Shown here: positions 27,592 through 39,200 of the stretch, piece by piece
Layout of the letters: each line of letters opens with the position of its first letter
Position numbering within the stretch: position 1 is the first letter of the stretch
Made by a program: the position numbers and the translations under genes
NCBI GenBank assembly: GCA_020137815.1
Contig: CM035358.1
Location: 6,014,001-6,078,000 of the forward strand
Origin: Hormiphora californensis
Taxonomy: Eukaryota; Animalia; Ctenophora
Length of the DNA: 64,000 bases
Reading direction: 5' to 3'
The notes under the pieces: model-generated
Told to the model about the DNA's origin: nothing
Databases searched by the model: none
Seen by the model: the letters and a program-made list of their open reading frames with translations, nothing else

Positions 27592-28437
27592 CACACTACA
27601 ATGGGGAGGTGAAGTGGTTAGAATTACAATTCTATAATGGGGGAGGTAAATTGGTTACTGATAGTTCTCCAATGCAAATGGGGGGGGGGGATTGGTTAGA
27701 ATAACCATTGGTAGGTTTTATAAAGAGATTCGAACCGGGTGGTAAAATATGTATAGCATTATAGGCGAGAGAGCCCTTACTCAACAAGTATAGCAAAAAT
27801 TGTATTCCAAATTTTCTCCGTCCCTCCCTTTTTTGAGAGCATTTCTCCCTATCAATCCGGTGGCGTGTGATGCGAGCCAGGAGAGGGGGAAATGATAAGG
27901 GCAGATTGCAGAGATAAGGATATTACCGTTTCACATTGCTTTCCCTTCAGTTGCAGCTGTACACCGACCCTGTTAGTTTTATAGCCAAGGTAGATAAATT
28001 TGCTGCCTCTTTCTATTATTTAGTACCAGACATTAAAACGTGTAGTTTCCAGTCTAATTGCCCAATTACATAGCACGTGACTTGGCAAATTATCTGATTC
28101 TAGTGAAAGAAGCTCCAATCAGTGTTGGATTGTTATTGTTTCGTTGTATGACGAACACGGTGCTGCCGTAATACCACATTGTTTGTTTACGTAGTAGTGA
28201 ACACGTTCGATTGCAGTTACAGTTGATGAATGTTGAGCTTTTGTATGTGGTTAGATCACCCTTCTGCAGTTTGTTTAATTAAATATTTTGTTAATAGTTC
28301 ATAGTTTTTTGCTGCAGTTTGTTGCTGTCTTCTACGATTTTTATGTTTCCTATAATAATATAATAATATAATATAATATAATATAATCAATAATTGTTAA
28401 TTGTTAATTGTTAATAGTTTTTTGATACGACGCTGAG

Positions 28438-29994
28438 ATGGATCACGAGATGAATACCATGAACACCGGAATGGATCACAGCAATATGAACAGTGATATG
28501 AACAGTGATATGAACAGTGATATGAATGGTGAAATGGATCATAGCAATATGACTACCTCTACGGGACATGGGGTAAGAATTACCCAACTTTATGACCGAA
28601 TGTAATAATTTTTTGTCCAGTTGAAACAGTGTTCATTGTTCACATCATCACTATATTCATGTCGATATCTTTTTCAGAGTTTCTTTGTGGTTTCCAAGGC
28701 AGTTACGATATTATTTGAAGGTCTGACAACTGACAGCGAGGCTACTATGGTCTTGGCATTCTTTATCATCTTCGTAATAGCAGTCGCTTATGAGTTTATC
28801 AAGTAAGCATAGTATGCTTAGCATATTTTTAATCATCATTTATGAGACTGTAATGAATTATAGTCCCCCAAAACCATACCAGTACCAGTACAGTGTTATT
28901 CATTGACGGTGTAATCTACACAATATTTGCAGGTACGGGAAAGACTCTCTCCAGGCTGCAGCCAATAAACTTGTAAACCAGCCCTGTAGATGTGCTTCGA
29001 ACCCAAACTTTGAGATGAAATGTGCTGGTAAGACGAAAACTAAGAACATGTGTTTGTTTGTTGGTTGGTTGGTTGTTGTACTGTACCTCGCACTGCAAAT
29101 CACTTTCGTGATGCCTGGCTTAAATGGTACCATCTGCATCCTTTGGTTGTTTGTTTGTTTGATTGTTTGTGATTGCTACGTTTGGAGGATGTAGTAGCGA
29201 CATGATATTAAATGAGAGACTGGTAGTGTAGTGATTGATTTTGGTGTTTTGTAGAGATATGATTATATTATTATCTAATCTCAAATTATTTTCAGCTGAA
29301 AAAGAGAAGCTAGAGAGGACCATATCTGTAGAGATGTTCCTACCCGAAAAAGACAATGTTTGGAATGGGTAAGTTAACATGTGGCCGCAGTTATGTTATT
29401 ACTACTACTACTCGTGGTAATACTGTGATGACACAATTCTTTCAACTTAGGTTATCCAGTTATCTATTGTGACAAGTGAAAACAAGTTTTTTTCACTTGT
29501 CACAATAGTTAAGCTCTCCGCATCCCCGGATCGAGCACTCTACCAGGATACTAACTTCTACATCTAGCTAGTTATCCAGTTATCCTAAGTAAACAACTAT
29601 AAATGTTTACTTTTAATACGCAACGAATTATAATGTCATCACAGTATAAAATATACTGACGCCATTGTTTTGAATTCAGTACTGAATTACCGTGTATTTC
29701 TTTGATTGGCCATTGTTATTGTATATCGGTGATCATTGATTACAATTCAGTCACTCCAGCACTTCACTAATCCCTCTCTTTCTCTCTTCCAGAAATAGCG
29801 CTCTCTTCATCACTGTCAGTACCCTACTCCACATGGTTTCCCTGGTAATCAGCTTCATGCTAATGCTAATCGCCATGACATTCAATGTATGGCTGTTCCT
29901 GGCAGTAATTCTAGGTGCAGGAACTGGAAAGTTCCTCCTACTTCTCTACACAACTGTTGTTCCCGTGGGCGCTGGACATTGCAACGAGCCGTGA
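28438..29994 (+). CDS. SLC31A1: CTR-family high-affinity copper transporter (~209 aa; exons 28438-28572, 28678-28802, 28933-29027, 29296-29368, 29793-29994)
   Basis: Met/His-rich N-terminus (MDHEMNTMNTGMDHSNMNSDM...), TM1 ending AVAYEFIK, TM2 MLIAM (MxxxM) TFNVW, TM3 GAGTG (GxxxG), C-terminal GHCNEP; phases consistent; SLC31A1 vs SLC31A2 not resolved. Confidence 0.88.
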
Positions 29995-31336
29995 ATTTAG
30001 TGCTATTCTACCGGTTACAGACTTGTGGGTTTTAATTTGTACGGGGTTGTTTATTCAGTTATTTACAAATATTTGCTTTGAATTTTGAAATCCTAAAAAT
30101 CCTGAGTCCAGCTTTAATGAAAATATTATCCTTGTATGACTATTGACTTTCAAAGCCGTGAAGCCTCCCACCGCCATTCTTGGAGTCAAAAGTCGCGAGA
30201 CGCGACCCAAGAACATGCCAACACAGGGGTCAGGGTGGGCGGACAGTTTCAAAAATCAGCCTTTAAAAATCGCCTGGTTCTTTGGAACACTTAATGCCAC
30301 AAAGGTCGACCGTACCAGGCTGTACTTGGTATACGATGCAGGTCCTCATTTGAGGAGACAGTAGCGAAAAGCAAAGGCACCAGCGGTGAGCCGTGAGCGG
30401 ACAAAACTTTTTTGAAAAAGAAAATGTTTTCACTTTCAAAAAAACATTAAAGAACTGAGCTAAAAAAGTAAAAAACCCATGCGAGTTATGTTACGCGCAA
30501 GCAAACTGATTAATACGCGGCATTTGGCGCGCGCATTTTTATATTTCGAAGAATTCAAATTTTCAAAAGACACCTTTCTCTTTTTTTGACGAAAAACGTT
30601 ACGTTTTTCTGCGTTTCCGATGAAATGGAGGTATTTCTCTACATTGTAGAATCTACAATCACAAATGGCAAGGAGTTCTTGATCATATCTTAACAAAGAT
30701 TGCATCAAAGATGTTCTAAACGTCCTAAAATTGTTATTTTTCACGAAATTGAGTTGAGGCAATTTCTTTCAAACGTGGAGGTACCGATTATATGCACCAG
30801 CTCACAGCCGGTACCTGGGTATTGGTATTATTGGTCGTAATTTAAATAATAATGCCCCACGATTTATATATACACTGGTACTTGGGGGTCTAGATACGAC
30901 AAGATTACAATAGGTACCCAACCTTTCTTCACATCGATCCCTGGGTCCTTTACTCCTACCTCCTCCTCATCGATCCCTGGGTCCTTTTCCTTGCGCTGCT
31001 CCATATCGAGCACATCCTCTTTCCTCATTTTACAAACTATTTACAACATCCCTTCTACACGCTACTCATCACTTGTTATCACGACAGTTTATTGATTCTG
31101 TTTTTTGTACATACAATGTGATATTGAAGAGTGTTTGAATTAGACGAGATAACCCAGCTAGAGGTAGCTACGGGCGAAAACGTCCGCATGTTTGATGTTG
31201 GACATATTTATTTTATATTTGTGTGACATATATATTTAATATTTGTGAACCAATATGTTTAGTGTATTAGCGGGGTGTCAATAATTACATTTATTTAATT
31301 TATTGACATTATAAATATAATTTTAATCTTGTAATC

Positions 31337-32204
31337 CTATGTTACAATGGGAGGAACCGTGGTGGATCCAGAGCAGCATGTAAAAGACCTGGGGGTCTGG
31401 CTATCTTCGGATGGTACCTGGACTCATCATATTGGCGATATCGTAAGGAGAGCTAACATGATTTCAGGATGGATCTTCTGTGCATTCAGGAGTAGATCAC
31501 CAGAAGTACTACTAACCTTGTACAAGGCGTTAGTCCGGCCCATACTAGAATACTGTTGCCTGGTGTGGTATCCAACGAAAATCGGGGATATTCAAATGGT
31601 GGAAAACGTTCAACGGGCGTTCACTCGGAAGATCCAAGGGATGAAGAATCTGGACTACTGGCAGCGGCTAGAGGCGCTTGACCTTATTTCCCTCCAGAGA
31701 AGACGCCAGAGATATGAGTTAATCCACGTGTGGAAGATCTATCAGGGACTTGTTCCCAATTGTGTTGAGATGGAGTTCCAGACGGGTCGGTTGGGAGTAC
31801 AGGCGAAAACCCAGAAATATCCTTACTGGGCAGAATCCAAACGGGCAAACCAACTGTATAACTCTTTCGGCTTCAGGGCACCTCGGTTATGGAATAAACT
31901 CCCTCGAGAGGTTACTCTTTCAGAAACACTTCCTGGGTTCAAGGCAAACATTGGTGCGTTCATGAAGGAATTCTATGACAGACCACCGGTGCGTGGCTAT
32001 ATGACGGTCCCTAATGAGTTTCGAGAGGCAGAAAGGAAGAGCGTTGTGTGAAGCTGTATATGTTGTTTGCTGCTGACGCTGTTTGTGTTTTACTTTGAGT
32101 TAGAGACTGTAAATAGACAATTTGACAAAGGAGGACCCACGAGATGGGAATTTCTGCACTTTATGTTTGTATTGTGTGTAATTTATTTGAACTTGAACTT
32201 GAAC
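31337..32204 (+). mobile_element. 5'-truncated CR1/L2-group non-LTR retrotransposon (ORF2 C-terminus 31347-32051)
   Basis: VKDLGV..., LYKALVRPILEYCCLVW, ENVQRAFTRKI..Y..RL..L.L.SLQRRR, LWNKLP; 3' (TTGAAC)3 tail; 14-bp TSD TTAATCTTGTAATC at 31323-31336 and 32205-32218. Confidence 0.9.
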
Positions 32205-32368
32205 TTAATCTTGTAATCTTGTACAAGTAATAATAAGTGTCGTTTCGGAAACATTTTGAAGTGGTTGGCAAGACTTTTTGTGCTGCCTTCATAATAAGTG
32301 GTGTCGCTGTCATGTGAATGCTTATGAATGTCCCCACTATCCAAGGTTCACTATTCAGATAAGTTATA

Positions 32369-33942
32369 ATGCTCTATGAGGAGCTGACACTTGTACAGCA
32401 TCCTTACGAAGACATTAAGGTCAGAAGTTGCCTTGCTCGACCCTGTTTCAAATGTAAAGGAGGGTTCGGGGGGGGGGGGGGGGGAATCAACACTTAACTG
32501 CATGACACTCATGCCAGTTAGGGTGGGTGGGTGTACGAGGGGTCCGGCAGTTAAGTTTTACACTTAACTGCCTAAAAATAGGGGTCGAGGGGTGTTTATA
32601 TGGTGAAAATTTAAATAATAGTTCTTGTGTTTATTGGACAAGTTAGACTCGCTGGATATTATTGGATGAAACCAGATATTTCGGTGTTTAACACCATCAT
32701 CAGTAGTAGCTCAAATTAATTTGTTTAAAGTAGTGTTGAAAAGTTTGAAAACTTTTCAAACTTTTCAACACTACTTTAAACAAATTAATTTGAGCTACTA
32801 CTGATGATGGTGTTAAACACCGAAATATCTGGTTTCATCCAATAATATCCAGCGAGTCTAACTTGTCCAATAAACACAAGAACTATTATCAATCATGAGA
32901 CTCAAGAATAGTCAAGCGATACATTATTTGTAAAATTTAAATAATTGCTCTTAATGGCCGATTTTTTGAAGTTTTCAACCCCCTTTTTCGCGCGCTTGTT
33001 ATTTTTTGTGCACCTATCACATGTGTGTGGCGAACATTTTTTACGCATGCCACTCTAAGTGTCTCATACTAACCAATTCGGAATTCGGATCCGTTACCTA
33101 AACTGGTCTGTGTTGTTCTTAGTTGATGGCAGTTGATTTAGACACAATATATAAGTCTCTCCGTGTCTTTCGTGCTATTTTTAGCTCCCTTTTAGCTAGA
33201 TTTGGGGGGGGGGGTGGGTCTACATTTTCAGATGTGGCGGCAGTTAAATTTGGGACTTAAGTGCAAAATATGTGGGGGGTGGTGGGTGTCAAAAAATTTT
33301 TGAAAATTTGGCAGTTATCGGCATGAGTGTCACTTCATACACACACAAACACCCATACACAAGCCTGTACGACAGGTTAGAATATATAACAAGTCACAAA
33401 AAGTAATATCATAGTAGTTAGCACCACTATCTGTAATTTTATTGATTAATTTAACTAATAACTCACATCATCACCACAAATCATACTTAGGTATAAACAC
33501 TCTCGTATAATTTCTTCGTAATTAGAATGGATATTACACAGATCAGGCAGTCGTCAGAAGAAAGTTTCTTCAAGAAACTGATGATGAGGAAGGTCGTGCC
33601 TATCAATATGCACGAAGTCGAACTTTTAACGTAAAATGATATGAGATTTTGGTTACTATTTATTTATGTTTATAAGTCGCATGGGACGTGTGTGGTGTAC
33701 CAGGAGTGGTGGATTGTGAAGCCACTCTTGTTGTGTCCCTCTCCCATCTTCTCCGTGTGCCAACACAACACTATAATGGTACACCCGCACAGTCGTGTTC
33801 CTTTTTTATTTTATTATCTGAGACCCCGGTTGGCATGCACTGCAGACCCCTAGTGTGCGCGTTTTCCACGGCCATTGGGGACTATAGAGTAGGCCAAAGA
33901 CCCCGGTGTCGGATTGCTGTTTCGCAAAAAAATGATGAGTAG
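32369..33942 (+). CDS. candidate small orphan gene (~125 aa; exons 32369-32419, 33526-33630, 33677-33778, 33823-33942)
   Basis: four GT-AG-joined phase-0 segments without stops (MLYEELTLVQHPYEDIK/NGYYTDQAVVRRKFLQETDDEEGRAYQYARSRTFN/SHGTCVVYQEWW...); no recognisable homology. Confidence 0.3.
32428..32444 (+). promoter_or_regulatory. dispersed 17-bp motif (exact); function unknown
   Basis: TTGCCTTGCTCGACCCT. Confidence 0.4.
32671..32707 (-). ncRNA. candidate minimal hammerhead ribozyme
   Basis: mirror copy of 32797-32833. Confidence 0.6.
32797..32833 (+). ncRNA. candidate minimal hammerhead ribozyme
   Basis: ACTA-CTGATGA-T-GGTG-TTAAA-CACC-GAAA-TATC-TGGT: both catalytic boxes, 4-bp stem II, 4-bp stem I with one G-U. 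Confidence 0.6.
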
Positions 33943-34380
33943 CATGAACAGAGTCGAGATGTATCCCAACAGGCCTGATAGGCCTTAACTGCTCTTTTGT
34001 TCGTGTGTAGTGCGGAACACAGCACCAGCTAACCCAAGAATATGCCAACATAAACAATTATCATGCTGAGGAAGTACCTAAAGCAGTCACTCCTACTGCA
34101 GCCACCGCCCCACCTACTAGCATAAAACCAGCAAATTACCACAATTTGATCAACACTACTTACTTATCACGGACGTACTCACTATCACATTGCCAATTAC
34201 AAAGCTCGTATCTCGGGCCAATCTAAATCCTTTTTGTCAATATTAGTCCAAGGAACGAAGAAAAAGATAACATTCGTGTTCTAGTTTTAATTTTAACTCC
34301 TGCTAAACAGCTGTCTATCCATTAGCCATCTCGAAATGGTGATGTAATCGGTGGACCGCCCAACTACTGCTGAGCTGAAC

Positions 34381-34399
34381 TTGCCTTGCTCTCGACCCT
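34381..34399 (+). promoter_or_regulatory. 17-bp motif variant (2-nt insertion) just upstream of the ELMO first acceptor
   Basis: TTGCCTTGCTctCGACCCT. Confidence 0.3.
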
Positions 34400-34417
34400 C
34401 TCCATCTGCCAGGGATC

Positions 34418-34815
34418 ATGAGCGTGAAAGGAGCGATATTGTTGAATGACGGGAGGGGTGACAATTGGGAATTCTATAGTGTAAGTAAACAACCAATTAG
34501 AACTCGTTATTTAGGTCACGTGACTGGTTAACAGCCAATCAGGGACCAGTATTTCCTGATTCGGTCGGTTCCCGGTGTAAGTTGACACTCACCATCTCAG
34601 ATTTCATGTCTGTCATCGCCCCCACACACTCACTTCGTTGATGATAACATATACTCTCTCTCTCTCCCTTTGGCGTGTGTGTGTGGTTATATATCACTTG
34701 TCATATATTTGTTGCAGTTGCATGAACATGAGTCGTCACGAGAGAACAGCGAGAATTGAGATATTATTTCTTATTGGAGGTGAGAAAAGGAAAGAGAATT
34801 AATGACAGTGGATTC

Positions 34816-34901
<86 letters not shown>

Positions 34902-35847
34902 GGGAGAGAAAGAGGGGAGAGAAAGAGGGGAGAGATACTTACATTTGAAAGAGAGAGAGAAAGGGGAGAGAAAGAGGGGAGAGAGAGAGAGAGAGATACT
35001 TTTTGAAAGAGAGAGAGAGAGAAGGAGAATTGTACTCATATGCGATTTTAAAGCTTCAACACCGTACTTCCTTCTTTGCACTGTAGTTACTTTGTCTCAA
35101 GAGTTCTTGTATAATACCCCCCCCCCCCTTTCTATCGCCCTCCCTCTTTCTCTCTCTCTCTCTATCTCTCTTTGTATCTATCTCTCTTACTCTCTCACCA
35201 CACTCCCCTGTCCGGTGTAAATTATTATACACAATAGCTCCTTTTATTTTGTTTCCCCTTGCTTTATCTCACTGTTAGCTGTTACACATGTCGTATATCA
35301 ATCTCCCACTCATTTGTCAGATTACACGTGTCAAGCACTCATATTTGTCAGATTTTTAAAAACTCTCATGTCACTAGAGACACGCCCATTTCATGTTCTC
35401 ACACAATCAATCCAGTTTTTTATTTATTTTGTTTTAGCATATCCCAGTTTATTGTGCCGCTATATTCACCACATGTTTGCGAGTATTGATACTAAGTTAT
35501 TACCCACCTGCCCCTGTTTCAGCATGTGTCCCTGCGAGATATAGTAAAGGAAGCCCTCACCAAGTTCTCTATTAGTGGATCCCCCGAGGATTGGGCGCTG
35601 TTCATCGATAAAACTAAACGATTTGTCACCGAACAGGTAATTGTTAAACAATCTGTTTACTCTATAAGCCAAAAACTAATTGAAATTAGTTGGCGGGAAA
35701 GGTGACCCACTTACACCTTTTGCTAGTGCCGGGTATCACCACGAACTCTCATTCTCTCCCTACAGCTCGGTATCTCAATCTCTTATTTTTCAAGGGTAAC
35801 TTATTCCTGTTCGTTCTATCCCTCTCTCCTCCCTGTCTCTCTCTCTC

Positions 35848-35936
<89 letters not shown>

Positions 35937-36187
35937 CTCTTCATTCCGCTTCTCACGTCTCTCGTGATTCCTCTCTTATCCTATCCCTCCTCATCTCACT
36001 TTCCCCACTAATCTAGTTCTTTCACGGTCTTTCGGTTATCGCTCTTCTTTATTCCACTTAGGTTCTATCNNNNNNNNNNNNNNNNNNNNNNNNNNNNNNN
36101 NNNNNNNNNNNNNNNNNNNNNNNNNNNNNNNNNNNNNNNNNNNNNNNNNNNNNNNNNNNNNNNNNNNNNGGAGGAGACGGAGAGAGC

Positions 36188-36219
<32 letters not shown>

Positions 36220-39200
36220 AGAGAGAGAGAGAGGAGAGGGGGGGGGGGGGATGGAGATGGAGAGAGGAGGTCGAATAGGAAGCCGGGTCCGAATCCAGAG
36301 TGAAGAAACCAAATAGACGATGCCTCCAAATAATAAGATTAGTACCAAACGCGATGATAAACTCCATACTCCAATTGGGTTTACATCCAAACCTGTCAGA
36401 TAGTAGATTGGCCCCATTAGAGTAAGATGCGATAAAAAAAATTGACAGGAGAGATAACTGGAAAAGATAAATAAGCTGAGAGAACACTGGGACTCCGCTC
36501 CAGGAAAAGTGATGAAACCGAAGCCGGCCCTGGAATATCAGTGCGAAGAAACCAATTAGTCTTGACCTCCAAATAATTAGTTTAGTACCAGGTCGGACCA
36601 ATGTATATCTCCATATCCAATATCAGAAAAGAAAAGAGGTAAAATAAGAAGAGAGAGACCGTAGAAAGAGCAGCTGGAGATCCAGACGAACTTGTATTGT
36701 TCATACTATTATTTTTTTTATAAAATAATACGGTCCCAAAATAATACGCCCCAAATAGCCAAGGTCTACTACTACACTATTTATTGACAGCACTACGGTA
36801 ACAAGCGTTCCTAAAACGGCCCGCGTTGCTCTGGACAGAAGATGTACAGCACCCTCCCGTGCCCCCCCGGCGGGGGGGGGGGGGCGCGGGGGAGGTGCAA
36901 CAGCACAAAGACGAACTAGAAGATAAGAAACAGAAGAATAACCACGTGACCAGGGTGAAGAAAACGCGGCTGATCCCCAGTTGTGCTGTTGCACATAGTA
37001 TGAACAATACAATAGTATGAACAATACAATAGTATGAACAATACAAATCCCAAGCGGACCGAGAGCAAGGATCCGCCCATGACTGAAGGACCCTGTCTGG
37101 AAAATGACCTACCTAACAAGGCAGGACGACGAAACCGGAAGACACACAAATACTGGAAGAAGAAGGGTAGAGCAAAAGAAACTGCCTGCCTGAAAGGGAA
37201 CTAGGAAAGAGAAGGAGTGTACTCTGAGCAATGTGCACTAATACTGAAACAGGTACGCGGAAACCCTGGAAAATGGGTGGGTGATTGTGATCAATACAAC
37301 CGCTCTATATTGTGATCCTGCAACATGTTTGGGTTAGGTGGAGAGTGAAAGATCTTTACCTCTTTCTCACACAGGAGAGATGCCCTGAGAATGAAACCCT
37401 GGTATGTCGGATTGCTTCATGTTAGTGAATAAGATGAGATCTAACCCAAACCCCCCTCCTTCCCCACCCCAGGAGCCCCCTAGCTCACACCCTAGACACG
37501 CCGCCCTAACTGCCACCCCACTGGCTCACACAAGGCCCCACAGCCGCAGGGACCCACCACTGCAGGAGAAATGGTGGACTAAAACACCTGGCTAACACAA
37601 TCCCAACCGGACCCTACAAACGTACAACAACCGGAACCCTTAAAAAAGGGGAGGGAACGCAAACCTGCCTAGGCAAGGGAACTAGAGAAGGAGGGAGCAG
37701 AACTAAAAGAGCCCCGCAGGCCCTAGTGCCCAAAAGCCACTACTCCAAAACACGGACACAAAGACACAACTACAACAATACTCGAGGAATATAAAGGACA
37801 GACAGGATCCCCTTACTTTGCTTTTTATTAGTTTGTACCAACTGACTCTTTGTCTCATATGAGACCCTCCTCTTCGCACCGGCCACCGGGCCGCGCGGTG
37901 TACACTGTACAGTCAGTGTATGACAACTGCCTCTAGATAACTTTCTACAACCCATCCCATCATCAAGCGCCATGTCGTCTGCGGATCTGTTTGATATTGA
38001 TGGTACCACGACCTTGTCCCGATTGAGAAAATCATTCAGTTTTGCAGAGCACCGCAAAACTAAAGTTGTTAATGTAAGAACGGTTTATTCAACTCAACCC
38101 CAAGCTCTTGATTCCTGACTACGTTCAGACAAAAAAAAAGACACTTTTAATAACATGTTATGTTATTTAGGACCTAGATATTTAGCCGACCTAAATTTTA
38201 GGTCGGCTATTATATGTCTCACGTAAATTTGTCCAACCTCTACAATCTCTAGGACGGCTAAGTATCTCATATACAAAATCTCCCCTCAGAATCGTCACGA
38301 AGAGTTAGTATCGGGAGTGATGGCTAATATTAGGAGAGCCCCTGAGAAACTAGCAGAGGATAGTGTCCATGTTCTGAGCAGCAAGACGGATCATGAGATA
38401 TTGGTTGAGTTGGAGAACGTTGTGAAGTACGCAGAGGTAGGTCCATCCTCTCTGTAAAGAAGGGTTAGAGCATATAACAAGAGAGGTAGGTTTGGTAGTG
38501 AAACGAGGCCGTACAGTGGGCCGTGGGCTGTGGCGTACTACCCTCTGGTAGGGGTAATTTCGGGTAGTTTTCAGGAGTGCACAATTCCTAAACACACCAC
38601 CACTTCAGGAGTGAATTTACAATCTCTAAACTCACCTCCAAGAATTTATCCCATCTCTGTCTCTGCACTTTCTAAACACACACCCCATCCCCAGGAGTGC
38701 ACGTATGCTAACCAGTTCTACCAAAAGGGAGGGTTGGATTATCTGCTGGATATCATTAAACGAACACCTGTTTACAATCAAATGAACTGTTCCAACCTAT
38801 CTTACTCGCTACAGGTAGGACATGTTACTTGTCATTCTTCACAACAGTAGAACCCCTATTTACCGGGCAAAATCCTTTCTCGCAGGCACCCCGGTAGATT
38901 GGGGTAGATTCTAAATTCACATGACATCACAACTGATTTATCCCAATATCTCCCTTCCAGGCCTTGTATCAAGTTATGGATTTCATTGGTTCAGACGTGT
39001 GGGAGAGTATTATCGACAACAACTTGATCAAGAAGGTAAAGATATTTGTATTTGATATTTTTATTTGTGATATTGTTATCTGTAACGAAATTGTAAAGTT
39101 ATTTGTGCTGTCTCTTGAGTTGTTGTACTATCTGGGTAGTTTGCATACCATGAATAGTGTGGATTAGTCTGTGTGTGATCATGTGTGTCCACTCTCTCTG

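Larger units (their letters stand above)
32615..32889. repeat. perfect 275-bp palindrome (137-bp arms, 1-nt spacer at 32752) of the Penelope-like terminus
   Basis: arms are exact reverse complements around GAAAA-C-TTTTC. Confidence 0.95.
32503..33332. mobile_element. non-autonomous DNA element with 13-bp TIR, hosting the 275-bp palindrome
   Basis: TGACACTCATGCC ... GGCATGAGTGTCA; internal GGCAGTTAA/CACTTAACTGC motifs. Confidence 0.55.

Noticed and set aside
25359-27637. Multiple overlapping ORFs on both strands across DNAI1
   Set aside because: Shadow ORFs of a long real CDS; no independent features
31158-31184. Second hammerhead-like motif CTAGAGGTAGCTACGGGCGAAAACGTC
   Set aside because: The CUGANGA box is not intact and stem II is poor; at best a decayed element end
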